Part shown: positions 28,310-52,000 of the stretch, piece by piece | Numbering within the stretch: the stretch's first letter is position 1 | Layout of the letters: the number at the start of each line of letters is the position of its first letter | Notes under the pieces: model-generated | Seen by the model: the letters and a program-made list of their open reading frames with translations, nothing else | Databases searched by the model: none | What the model was told of the DNA's origin: nothing | Program-made: the position numbers and the translations under genes | Source of the DNA: the human T2T-CHM13v2.0 reference genome, Homo sapiens | Reading direction: 5' to 3' (one strand) | Assembly: GCF_009914755.1 (NCBI RefSeq) | Contig: NC_060941.1 | DNA length: 64,000 nt

Positions 28310-30520
28310 AATTGGAAAGGGATGCGAGTGCTTTATACTCATGGGTAGGGGGCGGGCCTGGCACTTTCCATTCCCCTTGGCTTTCATCACCCACAGGCTA
28401 GTGACAACTCCCAGCCAGGTCCCTCCTCTCCTCCGCCTCATCATGTCTGTCATATTTTACTGGAAACTCATTGTTTGGGGTGTTTTGGGCTTTCTTGTCC
28501 CGCCAGGCATGATTCACAGGGGGAGGTATGGGCCTGCAGGCTACACTTTCCCATGGGGCCCCGGGAGTCCCAGCCCTCAGGAACCCGCACACTGGGCTCA
28601 GCCAGGGTGACAGAGAGCAGGGCCTCTGCACCTTAAACCTGGTGACCTGCTAGCTCTCCATGAACTGGATGGGCCTTTACCATCCACTTAGAGGAAGCCC
28701 ACCACTGCAGGGGACAGATACCCAGCTGGAGAGCACCGGCATGGCAAGGTCACCTTGGGCACAGAGAGGCGTCCCTCACCATGACCCGCTGTTAGAGACA
28801 AGGAGGTCTGAGGGGCCCTCCCAGGCCTGACCTGCCATGCTGTGCTGAGAAGCCTGTCCCATCCCTGAAATACACTCAGCCAGTCAGGTGTATGGTGATT
28901 CCCACCCCAACACCCCCATCAAAGAGAAATCCAGGCAGCTCTCCCCAGCCCCGGGCACAGACCCTAATTTCCTCCCTACGGTGAGGATCTGACATCCACC
29001 ACACCATAGGGCGGGTGGCCTCATGGAGGCCAGGAAACAGCCTGGAGTCAGGTGGGTCCTGGCTCTGCCATTTACGGCCCCGTGACCCAGGGCTTGGCGC
29101 TTCTCTGAGCCTCAGTGTTCTCATCTGCAAAGTGGGAGTCATACCATCTACTCTGCCTACTGCAGTCAGCTGTGAGAAGCCAATGCGACAGCGTATGTGA
29201 AAGGCTTTTGTAAACCGAGTATGGCAAGAAGCCTGGTTGGCATTGTTGTAGCCCAGGCTTAGCCCCAGAGTGGATGGAGCTGCATCCAGGAACAGGCCTA
29301 GGGGGGCCTTTTTTTTCTTCCAGCCCCAGATATCCTCTCAGACCCCCAGAACATCCCTAGTGTAGGCAGAAGTCTGGCTCAGGTGCCCTCGTTTGAGCCC
29401 CTTGTGGAACTGGCCCAGGAGATGTTCTGGGGAGGAGTAGAAGCTGGAGTGGTGCCAGGCTGTGCCAAGGGCAAGGCTGAAGTGGACACGAGGGTCCCTG
29501 ACTCCTGAAGCCCCAAGGGTCAGGGGACATTTCTAGGAGTCCACTTGGTCCTGCTTTGGAGGTGTGTATATCAAAACTTCAGCAATCTCCCAGACAACCT
29601 CCCAAAGCAAACCCTTCCGGCCCCCACCCCACCCTCCCGTCAGCCCCTGGGCTCCACAGACCCCAGCAGGCATGTTGGGAGGAATGTGGTCGTGTCTGGG
29701 GCTGCCTGACGCGTCCTATCTCCTCAGACAGGCCCCAACAGCCCCTGCTGGAGGCTCCACTGCTCTTCCTGGGATCAACTGTTCCTAGAAGAGAAGCAGG
29801 ACCCTCTCTCACCCCACCCCCAACCTTGACTGTCACCAAAGAAGAAGCCAGAGAGGGGAGCCCCCCACTACTGTGGCCTAGGAGCTTGGAAGACAATACT
29901 GAGACAGACACCTGTGCTGTGGGCTCCCCAAATCTGCCAGCAAAGGACTCTCGAGGATGTGAGTAAGCCAGGGCCCCACCCCGCTCCACCCACCCCTGAC
30001 AGACACTCCTAATCTCCCTGCAGAGAATGGTTCCCCCACCCTGACCCAGTCCTACAATTTCCCCAGAGAGAGGCAACAGGGGTTTTGGCTGAGGGGCAGA
30101 TGCTTTTGTTGGGAGGCATGTTGCTGTTGGCTGTGGGGCAAGGGAAGGCTGTGCTCACTGGAGAAAAATGCTGTGTCCAGAGGGATCTGGGAGTGGGAAT
30201 GGGGTGCAGGGCCCGGTACTGGCTTCCTCTGTGCCCCGCCACCCCCACCCACCACCACCACCGTCTCCTTCTTCTGCAGGGATCAGGAATAGAAGCTCCA
30301 GAGCCCAGGACATAGGAACAGCTTTACTTTCCCTTTCATTTGATTCAATGGAACCCAAAAGAAACTCCTTCCTCCCCCTGCTCCAAGGGGAATCCAAAAG
30401 ATAAAGATGGCAGGGAACCAGTGACAGATCAGTCCATGCACATAATCTTAAAAGGCACTTCTGCAGCCCCATCCCAACCCCACGCACCGACTCCGGAGCT
30501 CTAGCATGGAATATAAGCCT
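28310..30520 (-). promoter_or_regulatory. K14-type promoter/upstream enhancer region
   Basis: TATAAA at 28337-28332, GC box GGGGGCGGGCC at 28348-28358, AP-2 palindrome GCCTGCAGGC at 28532-28541. Similarity to the ~2.2-kb K14 promoter fragment appears to extend to about 30520 (recalled). Confidence 0.8.
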
Positions 30521-31232
30521 GATCCCCCACACCCGTTCTCAGAACCGTGGCCTAACCTGGAGCCTGAGGCCAACCTCTCTTCCCCTGCAGTCAAGGACTC
30601 AGTGACCAAGGAGCTGCAAACAGCCCGGCCAAGCAGGGAGCAGACTTAGAGGACACCACACTCCCGTCCCCTCCCTGATGCCAAAGAAGCATGGTACTCA
30701 GACATTTTAAGGGAGGGCATTTTCTGGGTTATCAGGGGTTAAAGGGTTGCCAGTCTTGACAGCTGAGGCCCAGAGTACCCCCCACCTCTGGACTTCCAGG
30801 CAGGCTTTGTGTGAGCAGCATTACCTGACCCTCCCTCCAGCCTGCCCCAAAAGGAAGGGGGTAAAGGAGGAGCCCCGGGCAGGACCTCCTGTGGTTAGTG
30901 AGTCTCCCTGCACCACCCTACATGGGGGAGCCCCGTGCCAATACTAAAATTATTGTAAATGGATAAAATCCATGGGGTCAAAGAGATCAGGAAAGTAGAT
31001 TATAGCAATCAAATTTTGGAATCTGGAAAACAAAGACAAAGAAAGCCCAGCGCTTGCCCAGAGAGAAGCCAAGAGGCAAAGCATATTTACACTCTGGAAC
31101 TTTTTAACTCTGAATTTTTAAGAACTCTGGAAAGTCTCTGGAATAGGGGGCACCAGGTACCTCTGACAGTGAGGAACAAGTGAACTAGAAATGGTAGGGT
31201 GAGCTAGAGATCTATATAAAAAGCAGAGAGGT

Positions 31233-31615
<383 letters not shown>

Positions 31616-31849
31616 TTATGCTTGAGAATTTCCCCAGAGGGACTCTGAATCCTGAGACACCAAGCAGGGCCAATAAACTGCAATCAACTAGTAGCAGAGT
31701 AGCTGAGACTGAGACCTTCTCTGCCCCCTTCCTGCACTCAGCTTCCAGAAAGCTGGTAGCTTTTACAATCCAGACAGGGAATTAGAGGTATTCCTTCTGA
31801 GGAAGACCCTCCCCAAGAAAACTCCTACAGATAACTGTCCCCCAACGAA

Positions 31850-33770
<1,921 letters not shown>

Positions 33771-33790
33771 ATTAAAAAAAAAAAAGTCTT

Positions 33791-34235
33791 ATTCACAATA
33801 GCAAAGACTTGGAACCAACCCAAATGTCCATCAATGATAGACTGGATTAAGAAAATGTGGCACATGTGCACCTTGGAATACTATGCAACCATAAAAAAGG
33901 ATGAGTTCATGTCCTTTGCAGGGACATGGATGAAGCTGGAAACCATCATTCTAAGCAAACTATCACAAGGACAGAAAACCAAACACCACATGTTCTCACT
34001 CATAGGTGGGAGTTGAACAATGAGAACACATGGGCACAGGGCGGGGAACATCACACATCGGGGCCTGTCAGGGGGTGGGAGACTGTGGGAGGGATAGCAT
34101 TTGGAGAAATACTTAATGTAAATGATGAGTTGATGGGTGCAGCAAACCAACATGGCACATGTATACCTATGTAACAAACATGCACGTTGTGCACGTGTAC
34201 CCTATAACTTAAAGCATAATAATAAAAAAAAAAAA
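33791..34235 (+). mobile_element. 5'-truncated L1PA (end of ORF2 plus 3'UTR)
   Basis: DWIKKMWH...FAGTWMKLETIILSKLSQ peptide, L1PA 3'UTR, poly-A, TSD AAAAAGTCTT. Confidence 0.95.
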
Positions 34236-34240
34236 GTCTT

Positions 34241-34583
<343 letters not shown>

Positions 34584-35604
34584 TTAAAATATGGAAGGCA
34601 TCCAGGAAGAAGGAATGGCAACTGAGAGGTATGGGTCATATCTCAGTCAGGTAGGGGTGACTCGGGTTTGGAGCTGGGAGGGACAGGAGGACACCAAGCT
34701 GGGTTGAGACTGAAGGCTGAGTGCTGGAGGGGAATGGGATCCATCGCCAGCTGTTAAGCAGGGGAGTCCTGATCTCACCCTTGTTCTTGATCCTGACCAC
34801 ATTCTGATGGAAATCATTCAGTGGAAATTGAATGTGGATGAGATTGACTCTCAAGGGGACCCAGTTAGGCTGTGCCCAGGTCTAGGGAGAGAGGAAGAAG
34901 ATCTGAACATGGCAATGGCCATGGGGCAGCAGGTGTTTCCTAGGGTGCTCATCAGCATGCAATTCACCAGCTGAGGGGAATGAGGAAGGAGGAGTTGATG
35001 GGGTGTGAGGAGAAGCAGGCTGGGAGAAGGAGGATTTCAGGTCTGATGAGGACATCGTTCTCAAGGCAGATACCACTCCCTTCCACCCTCCAATGTAGAA
35101 ACTGTGTGCAGATGTGGGGGAGCCCATGGGTAGAGTTAAGATTCAAGCGTGGGAGTCTTCGGGTTAAAATACCTGAAAAGGTAGAGTGGAGTTAAAAGAA
35201 AGGCATGGACTTTGCAGACAGACAGAACTGAGTTTGAGCTCCAGCCGTGCCACTTACTATCTGCATGATTTTACGCAAGTTACTGAAACTCTGAATTCTG
35301 GGGGTTGTCAAATTCCAAAATGGGCCTGACCACACCCACCTCACAGGGTTGCAAGGGCAACCTCGTAAAATAACCTCTGTAGAATGCCTCCATGGTGTCA
35401 GTCAGCACGTGTGGACACTCCCCCATCCTGTGTCCCACCTCCCACTTCCATAGAGCGTGGAGGTCTTCCAGGAAGAGCCTTCAAGATCTTCTGAGATTTG
35501 TCCCATTTCCCACATCTCTCAGGCTGTGAGGCTCCAGGAGGTTTCTGGAAAGCACCTGCAACTCCCCTCCCATCAGTTCAAGAACAGAGATCACACAGGT
35601 TTGC

Positions 35605-38510
<2,906 letters not shown>

Positions 38511-38612
38511 CGTGCCAAGGAGGGAGGTGAGCGAGCGAGCAGTTGGCTGAAAAAAGGGAAGGTGCTCAGGAAGGCTAAGAGCATGCTGTGGCTGCCTCCA
38601 ACCCCAGAGACC

Positions 38613-38640
38613 TTTATATGCACCTGGGGAAGGCGGGGCC
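38613..38640 (-). promoter_or_regulatory. KRT16P TATA box and GC box
   Basis: TATAAA at 38618-38613, GGCGGGGC at about 38632-38639. Confidence 0.75.
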
Positions 38641-40637
38641 CTCCTAACTGCTGACTCCAGGTTCCCCTCTGGATTTCATCACTCCCAGTCCCGTCCAACT
38701 CCTCACTCTGGATTATTCAGCCCAGGATCAACTCCGCTGTGTGCTGGCTCAGAGTTCCCACCCAGCTTTGAGAGTGTGGAGCTGAGAGAAAAACACACAA
38801 ATGCGAGTCGGTGGTGACTCAGGCTAGGTGGCCGGGAATCAGGCTCCCGTTCCTGGAGCCCTTGGGGCCAGTGGGGCCTTGGCACAGGTGGCTTTGTGGC
38901 AACTGCGTCCCCAGGCAGTGAGTCAGCCCTTCAGAAGAACTCCCTGCCCCACAGTGACAGCCTTGGCTGAAAGAGACCTCAGTGATGCCATCCTGGGCTG
39001 TCTTGGGGGGCAGTTGTGGGGATCCTACATGTCCCACTCTGGGCAGGGGCAGAGTTCGTGTCTTCACTCTGCTTGCTGTGTGGCCTGAGGCTCCCCACCT
39101 CCCACCTCTGGGCCTGTTTCCCCTCAGTGGTGACCAGGCTGGACTGGGTGATTGCAGAGTCCCTTCTGGTTCTAAAAATCCTATGACTCTCTTTCCCCTC
39201 TTGGATCTAATTCCAGTTCCGGAGGCTGCCTTGAGCCCCCGGGATCTCCAGAAGTGTGTGCACCATACAAACAGCACTGGCCATGGAGCCAGACAGGCGG
39301 CACTGAGTCCCTGCTCTGCCCTTACCAGCTGTACAGCACAGGCTGGTCTTACAGCCCCTTGGTCCTCAGTTTTCTCATCTGTAAAAGGGGATGACACACC
39401 ACTAGCCACAAAGAAACATGTGCGAAGCGCCCCACTGGCCCTTCCCCAAGGGCCAGCCCTGCCCCTCATCCTCCTCATCCTCCCCCTCCAGCCACCTGCT
39501 CCTCACACTCACCTCTACACACTGGCACCCTCCCGAACCGCTACGCGGGGCCCTGCGTCCCCCACACTCCCAGCAGAAGAACACCACAGCCCCACACCTA
39601 GCTCCTCCACTCCTCTACCGCCCTCTCCTAATCACAGGCACCCCACCTGCAGGCCGGTGGGAGGGAGCCCCGTCCTGCCACTGCAGCCAGGTGTGACCCC
39701 TGACCCCGCCGTGGGCCTCAGAGTTCCCCCCTACCCTGTAGAAACAGGACTGGCTGGGGATCCGTTCCCAGCAGTTCTCTCTCCTGTGTCCACAGATCCC
39801 ACGCTGGGCCTGGCAGCTCCATTCATCCAGCTGAGCTGGGGGAGAGCACCGGTCATGGGCCCACTCAGGCACGCATGGAGAGCCTGGTGTGTGTTGTACG
39901 GTTCTGTGAGCAGGGATGACGGGGGCGTTATTCCTGCCACCAGTCCTCAGGTGAGGGAGCTGGGATTCAGGGAGGATAAGTGGGCTTCCCAAGACACCAG
40001 GCACTGGAAGCTGAGATGTGAACCTGCCTGCCTGTTCTCCTTGCCTAAGCCTGTTCTGTCATCCTGAGCCCTCTCTCTGTGCATCTCAAATTTATATCAT
40101 TTTCTTGATCAGAGGGGACAGAGGGGTAACCAGAGACAGGTGGAGATTCACTCAAAGTCACTCTGCTTTAAGCTGCAGAGCTGCAACTAGAACCCAGACC
40201 TCAGCCCTCTCCAGGCTCCCACCATGCCTGCAGGCGGGGCCAGTATACCCAACTCTCACCCACCTCCCCACGATCACTGGCATGAGGTCTGCCCAGGGTG
40301 GGCGTGGCCTTGGCCTGAGAGGCTGGTGCAGCACCGAGGACTGGAGGGAGGAGGAGGGATCTGGGCACCAAGACAGGGCCTCCTCAGGGTGCCGTGGGGC
40401 ATCCCTTGGTGCTGGCCACTGGCCTTGCTCTGCAGTGCCTCTGTTGAGGTGAGGAGCCCAGAGACAGCCTGCCTCTGCCTGGGCTCCACTGGGGCAGGCA
40501 ATTCCTTGTCTCAGCAGAACCAGGGTTTTGTCACTGCTACATCTCCCCTGGTCAACTCTGGGATCAGAGGTAAGAGCAGAATGGATGCACATGCCTTCAG
40601 AGCCAAACCTGGGAGAGGGAACCCGACACTCCCCACC

Positions 40638-41616
40638 TGAAGGGGTGGCCTGCCCCTCCACACCTGTGGGTGTTTCTCGTGGGGTGGGATGAGAGACTGA
40701 GAAAAGAAAGAGACACAGAGACAAAGTACAGAGAAAGAAAAATGGGCCCAGGGGACTGGCGCTCAGCATACAGAGGACCCACGCTGGCCCCAGTCTCCGA
40801 GTTCCCTCAGTATTTATTGATCATTATCTCTACCATCTCTACCATCTCCCAGAGGGGGATGTGGCAGGACAATAGGGTAATAGTGGGGAGAGGGCCAGCA
40901 GGAAAATGTGAACAAATGTCTCTGTGTCATAAACAATGTTAAGGAAAAGGTGCTGTGCTTTGATGTGCACATACATAAACATCTCGGTGCATTAAAGAGC
41001 AGTGTTACCGCCAGCATGTCTCACCTCCAGCCCTAAGGCGGTTTTCTCCTATCTCAGTAGATGGAATATACAATCGGGTTTTACACCGAGACATTCCATT
41101 GCTCAGGGATGAGCAGGAGACAGACGCCTTCCTCTTATCTCAACTGCAAAGAGGCCTTCCTCTTTTACTAATCCTCCTCAGCACAGACCCTTTACGGGTG
41201 TCGGGCTGGGGGACGGTCAGGTCTTTCACTTCCCATGAGGCCATATTTCAGACTATCACATGGGGAGAAACCTGGCTTTCCTAGGCAGAGGTCCCTGCGG
41301 CCTTCCTTCCGCAGTGTTTTGTGTCCCTGGGTACTTGAGATTAGGGAGTGGTGATGACTTTTAACAAGCTAGCTGCCTTCAAGCATTTGTTTAACAAAGC
41401 ACATCCTGCATAGCCCTAAATCCATTAAACCTTGAGTCGACACAGGGCATGTTTCTGCGAGCACAGGGTTGGGGGTAGGGTTACAGATTAACAGCATCTC
41501 AAGGCAGAAGAATTTTTCTTAGTACAGAACAAAATGGAGTCTCTCATGTCTACTTCTTTCTATATAGACACAGTCCGTATAGAAAGAGACACTGATCTCT
41601 CTTTCTCTTCCCCACA
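40638..41616 (-). mobile_element. HERV-K(HML-2) solo LTR (LTR5, probably LTR5A/B)
   Basis: Minus strand starts TGTGGGGAAGAGAAAGAGAGATCAG and ends GGGGCAGGCCACCCCTTCA; 979 bp; 6-bp TSD CCCACC at 40632-40637 and 41617-41622. Confidence 0.95.
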
Positions 41617-44600
41617 CCCACCCCCACCCCAAAGAGGGGCAAAGGGGACCCCGGAATCTTGGACAAAAACCTCAGCGTTCAGGTGTCAGGGTGGGCCTGG
41701 AGTTCCAGTCCAACCACAGACCCATCACCCTCAGAACTGAAAATGGTCTTCGAGGTCACCAAAGCCTATCAATACCCCAACCGGAGAGGGCGAAAGCCTT
41801 ATCCAGGTTAAGCAGCACAAAAGTGAGAGAGCACAGACCGGAGCCAGCTCCAACTCCCAAGCCAGGATTCACACCGACTCTCACAGTGGAGTCTCCGAGA
41901 ACTCTTCACTCTCTGCCCCCACCGTGTGTGCGTGCACACACACCCCTTTCTCATTGGCTCACTGCCCCCCGCCAAGTTCCCCATTCCAGGAGATGTCAGG
42001 GTGGGATTATACACAACCCCAGCACTGCAGACCTGAGGATCTGCGTGGGCTGAGAAGCTGCAGGAAGTTGCTGACCAACGCGCCAAACTGCTCAGCCAAC
42101 TCCATAGATCACGCAGCTGCCGTGTGCACAGCTCTCGGGGGCTGGGGGTGAAGAGGGAAATGATGACGTAGTCTCTGACCTTAGAAGAACTTATCATTTG
42201 ACCCTGGAGGGAAAACTAACGCTGGAAAATGCAGAACCTGGCTAGAAACCCTAGGGTGCTGGGCTTGCCTGCCACGCCCACACCACCGGAGGCAGCTGGG
42301 GTAAGCATTACCCCGCTGAGCCTCAGCAGTAGAGGAGGGGGCTGCCCTCCTGGCCTTGATCCCTGAAAGGGTCCCAGCAGAGGGAGGCACCAGCAGGGCC
42401 TCAGAGGATCTGAGTTGACAGAGGAGGAGGAGGCGTTTCCTCTGCATCAGTGATGCACACTTGCCCCAAGGTGGCCAAGAGCCAGGACCTCTAAGCCTGG
42501 TGAGCATAGAGAAGCCCAATGGGCATCCTCCAGGCAGAGGATTCCTCCCCGCACCCTGCCTCCTTCCTCCCTCCTTCGTCCTGCCCATGTCAAGCATGAG
42601 GCGGAGATCATAGCATACCTGAGGAGGCCGGGAATCACCATTGGCCAATGCCACGCCTTGGCTTGCAGTGATTCTCCAACCAGACAGATCATCAGAGTCC
42701 CCAAGAAGATTCGCAGCCCTGCTCCAACTCCTGCATCAGCACCACTCAGGACAAGCCTGCTGGTGGGGCTGTTTTACAAGCTCCCCAGCCAACTCAGACT
42801 GGGAAGGCAGGAGGCAGCTTAGGGGGCTGAGGAGGGGGGCAGAGAAGCTGAGGGGAGAGAGGGGGCTGCTGCAGGGCCCCCAGCCCTGGGTGGACAAGCC
42901 AGAGCCACAGGCTTCAGGGCAGGAGGAAGGAAAAGTAGAGCCCCACTGAGCCAGGACAGAGCAGCCTGGAATCGGGGCAAGCAGGGGCAAAACCTTGGGC
43001 AGGATATTCAGCCTCTCTGAGCCTCAGTTTCCTTGTCTGGGAAATGGGAATAACAGCCCTGCGTCACAGGCATATTAGGGGATTTGAGGCCAAATAAATA
43101 AAGCACCTGGCAAAGGCTGGTGGCTAGCGTTATGTTTATGAGCAGATGTTTATAAAGCACCTACTGTGTGCCTGGCACTGTGCTGGGCACTCAGACTCAA
43201 AGAACAAGACAGAGAAGCCCTGGAGACATAGTCTTCTGGGGGAGAAGGTGGTAAAGACAATCCCAATACACTAAAGTCAGGCCACGATGGGGTGCTGGGG
43301 CCCTGCAGAGAAACAGAGGGAGCAGGGTTCTGGGGGAGAACGAATGTCCAGGCCCAGGCTCTGCCCCTGTGACGGCTCCAGGGATCTGGGGAAATCTGTG
43401 AGTGCCAGGCCCACCTTCGGGGGTCCTCTCCCCTCCTGCAAGTTTGACGCCCCCCTTCTGAAGGTGGGGCTGTCATAGCCCTTCACAATCCAACCACAGA
43501 TCTGCAGCTTCTGCCTTGATGATGGGGTGAAACATTCTGTGCAGTGGGCAGGGTGGCTGTGGACGAACTGTGAGTCCTTCCATGAGTCCCATAGCTGGGT
43601 CCCCAGTCCAGCCCAGGCACATGTCCTCAGCAGCCTGGACCCACTTGGGGTGCCTGTTCTGCACAAACAAGGGGCCCGGACTCCTGTATGAGTCTCAGGA
43701 AACCCCCAAGAGGGGCTCCCATTGCCCCCACCCCAGGAGTGTGAGCGGGAAGCTGGTGCCTCCAGGGAAGGCTGCAGACCCCAGGGGGTTGTGGGAGAAA
43801 GAGTGGGCCTCTCTCAGGGATGTTTCTTCAAATGGTCACTACAGCTCAGGGTGAGGACGGGTCTCTGTCAAGCTCAGTTATCCCCTCGGCTCTGTGCATG
43901 TGGGGAGACCTGCCTGGCTCTGCTCCCTCTGTTCCCCTCATCTCCCCAAAACCTTGGTTGCCGCAATAGACCCACACTGCATAAGGGCTGAGGGACTGTT
44001 GTCAGTCCCTCAGGTCCCCTTGGGGCAGGCACTGTCTCTTGGGGTCAGGACCGGTGTCTCCTCCTTTCCCTGGACTCAGTGCAAACCAGACGCAGAGCGA
44101 TGTCATGCCATGGATGAGTGTCCCCCACCACATCCGTCTCCGTAGAAGACATGCTGCCAGGTCAACCCCTGCAAGGGGGGTCCGGAGGCAGCTACCACTG
44201 GCATGGGCCTGGCCTGAGAGTCCTATATGTGTGTCCATCACACGAGACCAGGTGTGGCAGCTCTACAGGGCAACCACAGATCCGCAGCTTCTGCCTTGAG
44301 GACATTCTGTGCAGTGGGCAGGGAGTGTGTGGACGAACTGTGAGTCCCTCCTTGAGTCCCATAGCTGGGTCCCCAATCCAGCCCAGGCACATGTCCCCAG
44401 CATCCTGGGCCCACTTGGGGTCCTTGGACAAAGTCACTCAAGTCTCCCCACCAGCCCCTGGCAACCACTGCCTCTACTGGCTCAGCTCTCTGGGCACACC
44501 GGGGGGCTCCCCCATTCTGGCCTCCTGAGCCTCCCACCCACTCACTTTGTGGAGAAGGGCTTCTTCCCCAGCAGAGGGGCACAGTCTGGGGCTGTCTCTG

Positions 44601-46496
44601 GTCCTTCCCACACTCTGACCCCTCCTCACTCACGCCATCAGTAATTGTGGACCCCAGGCTCTACAGGAGGGAGAGATAGCCCTGCCTGGAGCCTGAGGTG
44701 GGGGAGGAGCTGGGGCTTGGCTCCTCTTCCCAGCACGGAAGCGGGGCCCACTCCCCTCCCATGCCCGTCTCCACTACTGACCCCTCAGGCTGTGGGACAA
44801 GGGCTGAGTCACTGCTCCTTGGAGCCTCAGTGTCCCCATCCACACAACAAGGCGCCTTCCCCTAGACCCTCCCTGCTTCCGGGGACTATTCAGACAAATG
44901 AAGTCACCCTCCAGAATGAGCCATCTGCAGCCCAGGGCTGTTCTTCTGGTTGTGGCGGGGTGTATGGTGGGGGCCTGGTGCAAACAGTGCCTCCCTCCTG
45001 CCCTCCATGGCCCCACATTTGCTGCCAGAGAGCAGGGAGACGTCAGCCTCCAACGGAGCAGAGCTTGCCCTTGCTTTGAGTCGTGCAGATGCCGCTGCAG
45101 GTGCAAGTCCCCGACTCCAGGCAGCCATCTACCCTGCAGAGAGAAACACTCTCCCGGGATGTCATAGCTCCAAGGTCCAGGGAGGGCTTGTGACCAGCCC
45201 AAAGTCACCCATACCCCAGTGGTCAGTACCCACCCCCATCCCTGGCCTCTGCCAGTCCCAAACCCCCACCAACCCAGGCTCAGAGGGCTCTGGTCACTCC
45301 CATTCTCCTCGGACCTGGGCCCCACCCCCAGCCTCCAGGCACCAGGAGAGAGAGGGTGTTTGGGGGCCTTGGTCTGATTCCGCAGCAGCAGAGACACCAC
45401 AGGTGCAGCAGTGATGACGTGGCGGCACCCTCCTCCCACTAACCCCCTGCTTGAAGAAAACCAGGAAAGCAGGCCAACCCACCTGGCAGTTTCCAGATTT
45501 ACTACAAGGAAGATTTCCAGGTGTCAGGCTCACCTCCCACAGACTGCTCCCCACAGCCACGTTTGCTGCCACCAGCAAGAGCTGGGGTTGGTCAGCTCAG
45601 AGGGTGCCGGGAGTGGCTGGAGCAGGACTGTTCCTTCTCATTTTCCTAGGAGGCAGTTTCTACCCTCCCTCACACCACCCCTGTCCCTAGTGGGGAACCA
45701 AAGAGGATCCAGACCGCCAGGGAGAGTGGCACTGCTCCCTGGGCACAGCCACCCCATCTGCAGTGCCCCCCACTCTGCCCTGTCCGCATCCTGAGCAACA
45801 GCTGACCATGTGAGGAAACATCCTTGAGAGAGGCCCCACCCTTTCTCCCATACCTGCCTGGGGTCCGCAGCCTTCCCTGAAAACACCACCCTCCCGCTCA
45901 CATTCCCAGGGCAGAGGCAATGGGAGCCCCTCTTGGGGATTTCCTGAGACTCACACAGGAGTCGGGGCCCCAATCACCCAGCCTGCCTCCCCCACCCACC
46001 CTCCCTTTGTGCTTATCCCAGCCCTTGCCCACCTCCTGCCCCATCTAGGGGGAGGGCACAGCCCACAGGACAGGAAGGAGCAACTGATTGAGTGAGTCAT
46101 CTCTGAGGATTCGGGCTCCCACACCTGAGATCTTCCCATCCATTTACGGATGGAAAAGCAAGGCTCAGTCAGGGGAAGTGACTGCCTAACTTCCCGAGGT
46201 CACAGAGTTACTCACGGGGCAAGCAGTGGCGACCTAGGACCACACCTGATACACCGCCTCCACCCCGGGTCTAGCGCAGCCTGGACCACCCCCTGAAAAT
46301 CTCCAGCCCTTGGGAGATGCGAGCACCCCCCTCCAAACTCTCCCCAGACTTACTCTTTATGCTGGTCTAAGCTGACCTCTGACCTGCCAGTCAACAACGG
46401 GGTCTCCACGCACCATCTCCCCCCACCCTCACTCCTTCCCATTTCACCCTTTTGTCCCCAGTGCCCACTTCAGCGGCCAGAACAAGGACACATTTC

Positions 46497-52000
<5,504 letters not shown>

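Noticed and set aside
38982-40067. 361-aa ORF, longest in the track
   Set aside because: Pro/Ala/Leu-rich with no recognisable domain, in GC-rich keratin upstream DNA with MIR-like pieces; long chance ORFs are expected here.
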